Part shown: positions 43,808-53,066 of the stretch, piece by piece
How the letters are laid out: each line of letters opens with the position of its first letter
How positions within the stretch are numbered: the first letter of the stretch is position 1
DNA from: an uncultured Clostridia bacterium
GTDB taxonomy: Bacteria > Acidobacteriota > Aminicenantia > UBA2199
Direction of reading: 5' to 3'
DNA: 64,000 nucleotides
NCBI GenBank assembly: GCA_964465065.1
Contig: CAYXHZ010000006.1
Span: 1,185 to 65,184, forward strand
The notes under the pieces: generated by a model
Told to the model about the DNA's origin: nothing
The model's input: only the letters and a program-made list of their open reading frames with translations
Databases searched by the model: none
Translations under genes and position numbers: made by a program

Positions 43808-44383
43808 TCAGCGTTTCCGTCTGATGGAATGAATGGTCACCGGTTTGCGCAAGGTCTGACCGTCGGCCGGCATACTTTGAATGGCGCACACCACGTCCAT
43901 GCCGCGGATGACTTTACCGAAAACGGCGAATCCCTGTCCATCGGGGTTGCGCCGACCGGCGAAATCCAGCTCGGGCTGGTCGTGGATGCAGATGAAGAAA
44001 CTGCCCTGGGCCGAATCGGGCGCGCCACGGGCCATGGACAGCGCGCCGTCGCAGTGCCGCAGGCCGGTTTGATCGGTTCTCTCCAGACGGATTGGCGGCA
44101 AACAGCGCTCATCCGCCGGGCCGTCGGCCTGGACCACTTCGATTTTGACCCGGTCGTTCGGTTGGTTGTCGGGACGGACCACCCGGAAGAAACTGCACTT
44201 TTCATACATCCCGGCGTCGAGATAGGCCAGAAAGTTGGCCACCGTCAACGGTGCCTTGTCCGGATACAATTCGGCTTCGATATCCCCCATGGAGCAGTGC
44301 ATGACCACCCTGAGCGCCGCTGTCTCGGACAGGAGCCCCAACGGCAGCGCCAGGCAGATCAGCAGCCGGAAGAAACTTCTCAT
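43808..44383 (-). CDS. ppiA: Cyclophilin-type peptidyl-prolyl cis-trans isomerase, periplasmic
   Basis: Signal peptide MRSFFRLLICLALPLGLLS, then ..GDIEAELYPDKAPLTVANFL.., ..FFRVV.., ..GALSMAR.., ..FFICI.. Confidence 0.85.
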   Translation of the reverse strand: MRSFFRLLICLALPLGLLSETAALRVVMHCSMGDIEAELYPDKAPLTVANFLAYLDAGMYEKCSFFRVVRPDNQPNDRVKIEVVQADGPADERCLPPIRLERTDQTGLRHCDGALSMARGAPDSAQGSFFICIHDQPELDFAGRRNPDGQGFAVFGKVIRGMDVVCAIQSMPADGQTLRKPVTIHSIRRKR

Positions 44384-45195
44384 GACGCACCTCTATCCAC
44401 AGTCACCCCCTTGCGGGCGATGAGCAAGGTGGCGTAGCCTGTTTTGCAAAACAGCAGCCGGTCCAGGCGGGTGAACAGGTAGAGCAGGGGATAAATAAGA
44501 TATCGATAAAGCCGCATCAGGAACGGATTTTTATCCAAGGCCGACGCCGATGTCGGCGATATGGCGCCGCTGTGCAGATGCGAGCTTCGGATCCGGTTCT
44601 TTCTGGTGAACAGAACGTTGAGCGTCATCTCCACCATCTCGACGAAGAATTTGGCGTAGGTTCCTTGGTATTCCGTTTTCAGCCCCTGCTCTCCGGCCAA
44701 AAGTGCCAATTGCGCCAGGCTGTAGCCCTCACGTTTGTGACCGTAGATTTCGGGAGTCAGACCGAAGCGGTTTTTAAGCTTGTTGAACAGGAAAAAACCG
44801 CCCGAAATCGGCGTGGAAATGGCCAGCCGCCCCCCCGGGCGCAGCAGGCGGGCCGTTTCCGCCAGCAGGGCGCGGTCGTCGTCGACATGCTCCAGAGTAT
44901 CGAGCAGCAAGACATCGTCAAAGCTGCCGGAGGCGAAGGGCAACCGGGCGCAGGCGCACTGGACCAGATCGCGCCCCAGCACCGCTCGGGCCTCGGGCAG
45001 ATTGGCGAAATCGACATCGGTATGCACCCAGTTGCCGGCACCGTTCTTGAGCTGCGCCGACACGACGCCCTGGGCGCAGCCGATGTCCAGCACCCGCCGG
45101 CCGGACAGGTCCATCCGGGACCGGATGATGCGCACCTTTTCCTTCTTCATGAAGCTGATCGTATACAGACGCCATTGCCAGGATTTCTTATCCAT
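44380..45195 (-). CDS. Class I SAM-dependent methyltransferase (MT type-11-like)
   Basis: RVLDIGCAQG (motif I), ..VHTDVD.., ..FDDVLLLDTLEHV.., ..LRPGGRLAIST... The start is uncertain (ATG 45195 chosen; the track ORF extends to 45306). The stop overlaps the cyclophilin start (ATGA). Confidence 0.7.
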   Translation of the reverse strand: MDKKSWQWRLYTISFMKKEKVRIIRSRMDLSGRRVLDIGCAQGVVSAQLKNGAGNWVHTDVDFANLPEARAVLGRDLVQCACARLPFASGSFDDVLLLDTLEHVDDDRALLAETARLLRPGGRLAISTPISGGFFLFNKLKNRFGLTPEIYGHKREGYSLAQLALLAGEQGLKTEYQGTYAKFFVEMVEMTLNVLFTRKNRIRSSHLHSGAISPTSASALDKNPFLMRLYRYLIYPLLYLFTRLDRLLFCKTGYATLLIARKGVTVDRGAS

Positions 45196-45323
45196 GAGGC
45201 CAACATAGCGGGAATTTTCACCTTTGTCAACCTTTCTGTCCGCGCCTGTTTTTTGACAAAGACGACGAAAGGGCCTATCATTAACCCATATTCCGGAATA
45301 AAGCAAAGTTAAGGAGAAACAAT

Positions 45324-46019
45324 ATGAAAAAAACCCTGATCGTAATTGCCGTCATCCTGTTTTCGAGCCTGATGATCCAGGCCGATGTCTGCATCAAACA
45401 GAAGACCGAAGCCCCGGCCATGATGGGCCAGCCGGCCAAATCCGAAACCGTCCAGCAATGGCTCGGCGACGGTAAGATGGCCACCGTCGGCGGCGCCCAG
45501 GGCGTCGTCATCGACCTGACCGCCAAAAAGATGCTGATGATCGACAATACCGCCAAAACCTACGTGGAGGCGTCCATTCCCGTCGATTTCGGCAAGCTGC
45601 TGCCCCCCGAGGCCGCACCGATGGTCGAGCAGATGATGAAGAGCATGACCGTGACCGTCGAAAAGCTGGGTGCCACCAAGAAGGTGGCCGGCATCGACAC
45701 CGTTTCCTACAAGGTGACCATGAACATGATGGGTATGCAGATGCCGATGACCATGTGGGTGGCCGAAAAGCTGCCGTTCGACTGGAAGAAGTATCAGGAG
45801 GTCTACGGCCAGATGATGCAGATCATGATGAAGGGCGGCGAGCAGGTGATGAAAGAGATGGCCAAGATTCAGGGCTATCCCCTGGCCACCGAGATGGAGG
45901 TCATGGGGATGAAGACCACCAGCGAAACCCTCGAAATCCTGGCCAACGCCACCGCCCCGGCTGGCACCTACGCAGCCCCGGCCGGATACAAGAAAGTCGA
46001 CAAGGTGAATATGAAATAA
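45324..46019 (+). CDS. Met-rich periplasmic DUF4412-like protein
   Basis: Signal peptide MKKTLIVIAVILFSSLMIQA. About 13% Met with clusters MNMMGMQMPMTMW, MMQIMMKGG and EMEVMGM. Confidence 0.55.
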   Translation: MKKTLIVIAVILFSSLMIQADVCIKQKTEAPAMMGQPAKSETVQQWLGDGKMATVGGAQGVVIDLTAKKMLMIDNTAKTYVEASIPVDFGKLLPPEAAPMVEQMMKSMTVTVEKLGATKKVAGIDTVSYKVTMNMMGMQMPMTMWVAEKLPFDWKKYQEVYGQMMQIMMKGGEQVMKEMAKIQGYPLATEMEVMGMKTTSETLEILANATAPAGTYAAPAGYKKVDKVNMK

Positions 46020-46097
46020 GCGCGAGTTTTACGCACGATCCGGCCGGCGGACAGCCGCAATCTCCCGCCGACCGGATTCTATCATCCCCCCGAAACC

Positions 46098-47030
46098 ATG
46101 CGCATAGACCGCCTGCTGGCCATCACCGTTTTGCTGCTCGGCCGTGACCGGGTCACCGCCGCCGAACTGGCCGAAAAGTTCGAAGTCTCCGTGCGCACCG
46201 TCTACCGTGACATCGAAGCCATGAGTATGGCCGGCATTCCGGTTGTCCCCTATTCCGGCAACGGCGGCGGTTACAGCTTGATCGAAACCTACAAGCTCGA
46301 CCGGCGCCTGCTCAAGACGGAAGACATCCGGGCCATCATGTCCTCACTGTCCGGCCTGAACCGTACCCTGGGCGACCGGCACATGCAGAGCGCCCTGGAC
46401 AAGATCGGCAGCCTGCTCCCCAGGGGTTCCGGCCCCCAGGCGCCTTCACTGTGCGAACAGCTGGTCATCGATCTGTTCCCCTGGAACCAGAATCCGGCCC
46501 AGGTCGACACCATCCGCACCGTTCACCAGGCCATCAGCGAGACCAGGCTGCTGCATTTCCATTACCAGAACAGCCATAACGAATCGGGACGACGGCGGGT
46601 CGAACCGATGACCCTGGTTTTCAAGGGCTACGGCTGGTACCTGTTCGCCTTCTGCACGACCCGCAACGACTTCCGTTTCTTCAAGCTCAGCCGCATGAGC
46701 GAACTCGCTATCGCCGCGGAAACCTTCGCACGCCGTCCGGCCGGCTATCAGTCCTACCTGCCGGAGAAAAAAAACAGCGGAAACAGTTACCAACTTGTCC
46801 TGGAATTCGCCGCCGAGATGGCCCCGTTTCTGGAAGACAGCTTCCCCCAGGAACCCAAAGTGCCCCAGGAAAACGGAAGCATCCGCATCACCCTGACGGT
46901 CCCCCAGGACGATTGGGTACTGGGCATGATCCTCAGTTACGGACCTTACGTCCGTGTCATCGAACCGGATCGAATCCGCGACCAGGTCGTCAGCGCCGCC
47001 AAAAAAATACTCAGCGCCAATCAAACCTGA
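46098..47030 (+). CDS. YafY-family transcriptional regulator (N-terminal HTH plus WYL domain)
   Basis: HTH MRIDRLLAITVLLLGRDRVTAAELAEKFEVSVRTVYRDIEAM; WYL region ..LVFKGYGWYLFAFCTTRNDFRFFKLSRM... Confidence 0.7.
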   Translation: MRIDRLLAITVLLLGRDRVTAAELAEKFEVSVRTVYRDIEAMSMAGIPVVPYSGNGGGYSLIETYKLDRRLLKTEDIRAIMSSLSGLNRTLGDRHMQSALDKIGSLLPRGSGPQAPSLCEQLVIDLFPWNQNPAQVDTIRTVHQAISETRLLHFHYQNSHNESGRRRVEPMTLVFKGYGWYLFAFCTTRNDFRFFKLSRMSELAIAAETFARRPAGYQSYLPEKKNSGNSYQLVLEFAAEMAPFLEDSFPQEPKVPQENGSIRITLTVPQDDWVLGMILSYGPYVRVIEPDRIRDQVVSAAKKILSANQT

Positions 47031-47085
47031 CGTCACGCTGTCAGGGTACCCGTTTATACTTTGGCCATGACAATGACAAGGAGGC

Positions 47086-47607
47086 ATGCAAATGACTTTT
47101 CTACTGCTCTCATTTCTGGCCAGCGCGGCGCCGGCCGAGACGACCAACCAGGTGATCATTCGCACGGAGTCGGCCTTTGATTACGCCTGTATGGATCATC
47201 AGGGGGATTATGCGGCCATTCCCCAGGCTATTGCGGATTTTATGGCGGAGTTTTCGCGTCAGGACCTGAAAGCTGCAGGCCCCCTGCTGGGCATCTACCT
47301 CAACTTCGCCGCCGACACGGCCGGCTCCGACCTGAAGTGGCAGATCGGTCTGCCGATAACATCGGAAACAAAACCCAAGCCCCCCTTGCTGCGGGGTCGC
47401 TTCGAAAAGCAGGAGGTCGTCCATATCCTGCGTCAAGGTCCCTACGACACCGTCGGAGAAACCTATCGCCTCTTGCAGCAGACCATTAACGAAAAGGGGT
47501 ACCGGATCAACGGCCCGGCCTGGGAACGGTATCTCAGCGACCCGGCCCAGGTGGCGCCCCAGGAGACTCTGACCGAGATCTTCATTCCGATCCGCAAGAA
47601 AGACTGA
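47086..47607 (+). CDS. GyrI-like (AraC effector-binding / SbmC-like) small-molecule-binding domain protein
   Basis: 173 aa with ..GDYAAIPQA.., ..GPLLGIY.., and a C-terminal ..GYRINGPAWERYLSDP.. typical of GyrI-like domains. Paired with the WYL/YafY regulator, as is often seen. Confidence 0.6.
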   Translation: MQMTFLLLSFLASAAPAETTNQVIIRTESAFDYACMDHQGDYAAIPQAIADFMAEFSRQDLKAAGPLLGIYLNFAADTAGSDLKWQIGLPITSETKPKPPLLRGRFEKQEVVHILRQGPYDTVGETYRLLQQTINEKGYRINGPAWERYLSDPAQVAPQETLTEIFIPIRKKD

Positions 47608-47655
47608 CAGAAAAAAGCGGCGGCCGTTTTCGGTCAAAATATGCTATGATGGTCC

Positions 47656-48618
47656 ATGCCCTTGATCCAGCCAGCCACGTACCAGCCGCCTCGCTTTCTT
47701 GGCAACGCCCATCTTCAGACCATCTGGCACTCCGAATTCCGTCGCGTCGCCGGCGTGGCCTACCGGCGCAGCCGTATCGACACCCCGGACGGCGATTTTC
47801 TCGATCTCGACTGGCTGGACAAGGGCAGGCAGCGGCTCGCCCTGCTGGTACACGGTCTGGAATCGGCCAGTTCCCGAGCCTATATGAAAGGGATGGCCAA
47901 GGCCCTGGTCCGGCGGGGTTTCGACTGTCTGGCCATGAGCCTACGGGGCTGCGGCGGTCAGATTAACCGCCGGACTGCCTTCTACCATGCCGGCAAGACC
48001 GACGACCTGGAAACGACCCTGCAGCATGTATTCCGTCTCGGCCGAACCGAGATCTATCTCATCGGCTTCAGCCTGGGGGGGAACATCGTGTTGCGCTGGC
48101 TGGGCGAACAGGGCGACAAGATCGATCGTCGCATCATCGCGGCCGCTGCGGTATCGGCGCCCTGCGATCTGGTTTCCTCCAACCAGGCCCTGAACAAACC
48201 GTCGAACCGGCTGTACAACCGGCGCTTCGTCAACAAACTGACGGCCAAAGTCAGGGCCAAAGCAGCGGCCATGCCCGGAACTGTGGACACCGGCTTTCTG
48301 ATCGGTCTCAAAACCTTGGAAGATTTCGACGAGGCATTCACCGCCCGACAGTTCGGTTTCTCCGGCGCCCAGGACTACTACCGGCGCGCCAGCGCCCGAC
48401 CGCTTCTGAAACGCATCTCGGTACCGACCTTGCTGCTCAACGCCCAGGACGATCCCTTCCTGGGACCGGACTGTTTCCCCTGGGACATCGCTCAAGCCAG
48501 CGGTTTTCTGTTCCTCGAGGCGCCTGAACATGGTGGGCACATCGGCTTCCTGACCGGACAAGCGGGCGGCGAATACTGGCACGAAACCCGGGTAAGCGAT
48601 TTCTTCACCGCGGTTTGA
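47656..48618 (+). CDS. Alpha/beta-fold hydrolase, YheT-like
   Basis: ..LLVHGLESASSRAY.., GFSLGGN (nucleophile elbow GxSxG), ..DDPF.., ..HGGHIGF... Confidence 0.7.
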   Translation: MPLIQPATYQPPRFLGNAHLQTIWHSEFRRVAGVAYRRSRIDTPDGDFLDLDWLDKGRQRLALLVHGLESASSRAYMKGMAKALVRRGFDCLAMSLRGCGGQINRRTAFYHAGKTDDLETTLQHVFRLGRTEIYLIGFSLGGNIVLRWLGEQGDKIDRRIIAAAAVSAPCDLVSSNQALNKPSNRLYNRRFVNKLTAKVRAKAAAMPGTVDTGFLIGLKTLEDFDEAFTARQFGFSGAQDYYRRASARPLLKRISVPTLLLNAQDDPFLGPDCFPWDIAQASGFLFLEAPEHGGHIGFLTGQAGGEYWHETRVSDFFTAV

Positions 48619-48676
48619 GTCCAGCGTATTTGCGGTCCAAGCCAGACCAAAGGGATCCGAATCATCGCTCCGCTCT

Positions 48677-49303
48677 TTACAGGAATGCCACTGTCAAGCC
48701 CAGCGAGGCCGTAAGTCCACCCAGGTTGACATTTCCACGGCTCCCCCTGCCGGCCGGAATCGAAGAATACTCCAGCTGCAGCCGGGCATCCAGGTTATGC
48801 CCGAATCGGTAGCGGCCGCCACCCTGAACGAAAAACCCCGCCTTGTCGTTCTCGCCGGTCCAATTGACCGAGGGCCACTCCTCCTTGTAGAAGCTGTACG
48901 ATGCGCCAACACCCAGAAAGGGCGCCAAACGGGACCCAGAAAAAAAGTAATCGCCGCCCAGACGCACGGTCAGCATGCGCCATTGGACAGGATAGGACTC
49001 TTCCACCTGTTTGAAACCCTCGACCACCGTTTCCCCCTGGCACTTCATATGACGGACGGCTGCAAACAAGGACAGTCTGCGGCTGACCTTCCATCCCAAA
49101 GACAATTCCAGCGGCAGTATCGTCCGATCGTACACATCGCGGAATTCGCTCTGCCCGGGATAAAAATAGCCAAACGCCGCTCCGAGGAAAATCCTCCGGG
49201 TCGGCTTTTCCGCACCTGGAGCAGCGGCCGGAATCAGAAAAAGCGCGACCAGAAGCAATACCGAAGCCAACCCGTGTCCCCGCTCAGCCGTTGTTCTCGT
49301 CAT
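48677..49303 (-). CDS. Small outer-membrane beta-barrel (OmpW/OmpA-barrel-like) protein
   Basis: Start at MTRTTAERGHGLASVLLLVALFLIPAAAPGA (GGAGG SD). Alternating beta pattern; C-terminal ..LTASLGLTVAFL ends in Phe. Confidence 0.5.
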   Translation of the reverse strand: MTRTTAERGHGLASVLLLVALFLIPAAAPGAEKPTRRIFLGAAFGYFYPGQSEFRDVYDRTILPLELSLGWKVSRRLSLFAAVRHMKCQGETVVEGFKQVEESYPVQWRMLTVRLGGDYFFSGSRLAPFLGVGASYSFYKEEWPSVNWTGENDKAGFFVQGGGRYRFGHNLDARLQLEYSSIPAGRGSRGNVNLGGLTASLGLTVAFL

Positions 49304-50900
49304 CTCGAACCTCCACGGAATAGCCGCTTTCCTCGCCGGTTTCGTCAAGCGCCGTCAATACGTAATAATAATGCTGATCGGCGGCCAGAAACCGATCCAC
49401 AAATGCAGTCTGTTCCAGTAAAGATTCGTTGACGCGCACATAGGGCCCGGATTGCCGAGTCGAGCGGTATACGTTGTAGCCCAGTACCGGTCTCTGGTTG
49501 GCCTGCCAGTTCAGATAAACCGTTTTCATTCTGTAGAAAACCGCCGCCGACACCTGACAACGTCCCTGCAATCCGGTCGGAACTTCCGGTTCCGCAACCG
49601 ATTGGGCCAGATCAACCAGCACGGCCAGCGACGCCTTGACCACATCCGTGGCATAATCGAGATCCAGGGTGTCCACGGTGTCGCTTGTCTGGTGATAATA
49701 GGGGTTGTCGTCGGTCTCGATACCGCAAAGCGCCGAATAGCCCTGATCCCAGAAAGACGAATGATCGCTCCAGGTCAGGGAGGCGTCGACGGTTTTAACG
49801 AGATTCACGTTCACCAGCGGCTGGGCCACGGCGATGAAACGATCGGCCAGCCACTGCGACTTGCCGTTGACGATCAGAGACAGCTCGCCGGCCCCTGCAT
49901 GGTTGTAGGCGATCATGTCCAGGTTGATCACGGCCGTGATGGTACGATTGTGATCCCGGGCCTTGCGAGCGTAGTCCCCGCTGCCATAAAGGCCCCACTC
50001 TTCCGCCGAAACGCAAAGCAGAACGACCGGATTCTTAAATTTCCGCTTGGCCAGGATCCGGGCGATTTCGAGTACCGCCGCCGTACCGCTGGCGTTGTCG
50101 TCGGCCCCCGGAGCATCGGTATCCATGCTGTCGCTGTAGGAATCGTAATGGGCACACGCCAGGATAGTCTGGGTGGAGCCGGTCGTTCCGGGAATCAGGG
50201 CCACAATGTTCCGACTCCGGTACCGTGATTCAAAGGAAAACGTTTCCGCTTTGGCATCCAGTCCCAAAGACCGGAAACGATTCAGAAGGAATTCACCCGC
50301 CTCTTCACACTGGGCGGTGGAGGCGTACCGAGTCTTGAAATTCTGCAGAGCCACGATATCGCTTCGCACCCTCTGCTTTGAAACCTGCGTCAGCAGTTCC
50401 GGAATCAGCGGTCCGGTCCGGATCTGGATGCGCTTTGCGGCCTGCCGATCCGTACGCGCGGTCTCGGGAATACGTAGCGGCCGGGACAGTGAAAGCGCTT
50501 TCAGGTGGTAGGGCTGGCTCAACCGGTTCCGAAAATCACGATCGGAGCTCCAGATCAACCAGATATGCTCTTCCAGAGGATAGGCCCCGATTCCATCCGG
50601 TCCGGCGGCCTGCGGGTAGTGCAACAGGTAAAAAGATGCCCGATCGTCCGGCTGGACAATCACCTTGTAGGCGATCCCGGCCCGACCGAGTCCCGGCAGA
50701 GCCGATGGTCTGGAACTGACCAGGAAACAGCTTTCAAGTTCCTGCAGCACCGCGGCTCCGGCCGCATCGATCCGCTGCAGATCTACAGTCTCCGTTTTGT
50801 CCACTCTCAGCAGCAGCGCGTTTTCCACGACCGACGGCGAGGCCGGCAGCAACAAACAGCCAGCAACCAGCAATATGCCCCAAAGCATTCCCATTTTCAT
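49284..50900 (-). CDS. M28-family zinc peptidase with a C-terminal fibronectin-III-like domain, exported
   Basis: Start at MKMGMLWGILLVAGCLLL. ..CAHYDSYS.., ..DDNASGTAAVLEIAR.. (M28 Zn ligands), ..SAEEWGLYGS... FN3-like tail ..YNVYRSTRQSGPYVRV... Confidence 0.75.
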   Translation of the reverse strand: MKMGMLWGILLVAGCLLLPASPSVVENALLLRVDKTETVDLQRIDAAGAAVLQELESCFLVSSRPSALPGLGRAGIAYKVIVQPDDRASFYLLHYPQAAGPDGIGAYPLEEHIWLIWSSDRDFRNRLSQPYHLKALSLSRPLRIPETARTDRQAAKRIQIRTGPLIPELLTQVSKQRVRSDIVALQNFKTRYASTAQCEEAGEFLLNRFRSLGLDAKAETFSFESRYRSRNIVALIPGTTGSTQTILACAHYDSYSDSMDTDAPGADDNASGTAAVLEIARILAKRKFKNPVVLLCVSAEEWGLYGSGDYARKARDHNRTITAVINLDMIAYNHAGAGELSLIVNGKSQWLADRFIAVAQPLVNVNLVKTVDASLTWSDHSSFWDQGYSALCGIETDDNPYYHQTSDTVDTLDLDYATDVVKASLAVLVDLAQSVAEPEVPTGLQGRCQVSAAVFYRMKTVYLNWQANQRPVLGYNVYRSTRQSGPYVRVNESLLEQTAFVDRFLAADQHYYYVLTALDETGEESGYSVEVRDDENNG

Positions 50901-50943
50901 GCTCTTCTCCCCTTGGAACCGTTGTGACTTCCGCCCTCGGCCA

Positions 50944-52326
50944 TCAGCCGTGAATCGAGAAACCGCCGATCTGGGCCAGGGCTTCCCAGACATTCTCGCC
51001 CAAAGTGGGATGGATGGTGATCAGATCCCGGAACTCCTCGACCTTGAGCTGCCGGGTCACGGCGTAGTTGAGCAGAGGCATCAGTTCACCGGCCTCGGCA
51101 CCCAGGATGTGCGCGCCCACCACGGTTCCGTCGCTTTGGGCCAGAACCTTGACCAGGCCGTTCTTCTCGTCGATGGCGTTGGAACGCGAGCCGGCGGCGT
51201 AAGCGAAGCGGCCGATCCGGATGTCGGCGAATTGCTCCCGGGCCTGGACCTCGGTCAGTCCAATCGAGGCGAATTCCGGGAAGGTGAACACCGCCCCGGG
51301 AACGGGATGATGGACGATCGACCGGCCGGTGGCGATGCGGCGGGCAATGGCTATGGCCTGATGCGAAGCCTTGTGGGCCAGCAGAGGCTGACCGATCAGG
51401 TCGCCGCAGGCGTACACGCCCGGGATATTGGTCTGCAGCTGCTCGTCGACGACCACGAAGCCGCGCTTGTCGACGGCCAGAGCGAGGGCTTCGTCGGCAA
51501 GGCCGCTGCTGCGCGGTTTACGACCTACGGCCAGCAGTACCCGGTCGAAGTGTTCCAATTGCGAGTTTCCTTCCCGGGTCAGCTTGACGGCCACGCCGCC
51601 TCCGGGTTCGTCCAGTACGGGATCGGACAGAACAGTCGAGGTCAGCACCGAGATTTTCTGCTTCTTCAACTCGGCCTGCAACATGTCGGCCAGTTCGACA
51701 TCGCTGCCGGGAACGACATGGTCCAATACCTCCACCACCGTGACCTCGCTGCCCAGGTAAGAGTAGATCTCGGCCATTTCCAGGCCGATGGCCCCGGCGC
51801 CGACGATCAGCAGCCGTGCCGGAATCGAATTCAGTTCCAGCGCCTGATCGGAATTGATCACCCGTTCCCCGTCGGGTTTGAGGAAGGGCAGTGCGGCCGG
51901 TTCCGAACCGGTGCATAAAACGACATGCCCAGCCGAAAAATCACCGAGACCGGCAACGCTCACCCGCCCCGGGGCGGTCAGACGGCCCAAACCGCCGATC
52001 AGTTCGACGCCGTGTTCCTGGAACAGCAGTTCGATGCCCTTGGTCAGTTTGGACACCACCCGTTCTTTGTATTTCTTCAGTTTATCGACGTCCAGTTCAT
52101 AATCCTTCACCGTCAGGCCCGCCTTGGCCAGGTCCTTGAAGGCCTTGACCGATTTCAGCGGGTGCAGCAGCGCCTTGGTCGGGATACAACCCCAGTGCAG
52201 GCAGGTTCCCCCGGCCTTTTCCTTCTCGACGACGGCCGTCTTGAGCCCCAGTTTCGCCGCGGCGATAGCCCCTTCGTAACCGGCCGGACCGCCACCTAGA
52301 AAAATCACATCGTAGTTCATGTTCAC
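50944..52326 (-). CDS. lpdA: Dihydrolipoyl dehydrogenase (E3)
   Basis: YDVIFLGGGPAGYEGAI (FAD), GGTCLHWGCIPTK (redox-active disulfide), LIVGAGAIGLE (NAD). Confidence 0.9.
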   Translation of the reverse strand: MNMNYDVIFLGGGPAGYEGAIAAAKLGLKTAVVEKEKAGGTCLHWGCIPTKALLHPLKSVKAFKDLAKAGLTVKDYELDVDKLKKYKERVVSKLTKGIELLFQEHGVELIGGLGRLTAPGRVSVAGLGDFSAGHVVLCTGSEPAALPFLKPDGERVINSDQALELNSIPARLLIVGAGAIGLEMAEIYSYLGSEVTVVEVLDHVVPGSDVELADMLQAELKKQKISVLTSTVLSDPVLDEPGGGVAVKLTREGNSQLEHFDRVLLAVGRKPRSSGLADEALALAVDKRGFVVVDEQLQTNIPGVYACGDLIGQPLLAHKASHQAIAIARRIATGRSIVHHPVPGAVFTFPEFASIGLTEVQAREQFADIRIGRFAYAAGSRSNAIDEKNGLVKVLAQSDGTVVGAHILGAEAGELMPLLNYAVTRQLKVEEFRDLITIHPTLGENVWEALAQIGGFSIHG

Positions 52327-53066
52327 ACTCCCCGAAAAAACGGCAGTTCTTTCTCTCTGGCCAGCAGGGTCTTCATGCGCTTGACCGCCTCGGGAAGACC
52401 GATCAGCGCCGCATTGGCGATGATGGTGTGGCCGATGTTGAGTTCGTCGATCTCGTTGATCTCCACGATGGGCCGCACGTTCTGGTAGGTCAGACCGTGT
52501 CCGGCCAGCACCCGCATTTTGAGCTTGTCGGCGTATACCGCCACCTTGGCGATCTTGTCGAGCTCGAGCAAGGCGTAGCTGTTGTTCCAGTTGTGGGCGT
52601 ATTCACCGGTGTTGATCTCGATGAGACGCACGCCGATGCGATGGCAGGCCTTGACCTGATCCAGATCGGGATCGATGAAGATCGACACACTGATGCCGGC
52701 CGCCCGCAGGTTGCCCATAATCTCCTCGATACGGTCGGCGAACATGATCACGTCGAGCCCGCCTGTGGTGGTCACCTCCTCGGAGCTTTCCGGCACCAGA
52801 GTGACGGTATCGGGCTTGTTTTTCAGCGCGACTTTCACCATTTCCATGGAAATAGCCATTTCCAGATTCAGGTGCGACTTAACCGTCTTGCGCAGCAATT
52901 CCAGGTCGCGCTCCTGCATGTGCCGTCTGTCCTGACGCAAGTGCATGGTGATGCCGTCGGCACCGGCGAGTTCGGCCAGAGCGGCGGCGTAGACGGGATC
53001 GGGTTCGATGGTCTTGCGTGCTTCTCGGATGGTGGCGATATGATCGATGTTGACCGAAAGTTTCAT
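52323..53066 (-). CDS. pdxJ: Pyridoxine 5'-phosphate synthase
   Basis: MKLSVNIDHIATIREAR.., ..HLRQDRRH.., ..GHGL.. are classic PdxJ blocks. ATGA-coupled on both sides. Confidence 0.9.
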   Translation of the reverse strand: MKLSVNIDHIATIREARKTIEPDPVYAAALAELAGADGITMHLRQDRRHMQERDLELLRKTVKSHLNLEMAISMEMVKVALKNKPDTVTLVPESSEEVTTTGGLDVIMFADRIEEIMGNLRAAGISVSIFIDPDLDQVKACHRIGVRLIEINTGEYAHNWNNSYALLELDKIAKVAVYADKLKMRVLAGHGLTYQNVRPIVEINEIDELNIGHTIIANAALIGLPEAVKRMKTLLAREKELPFFRGV

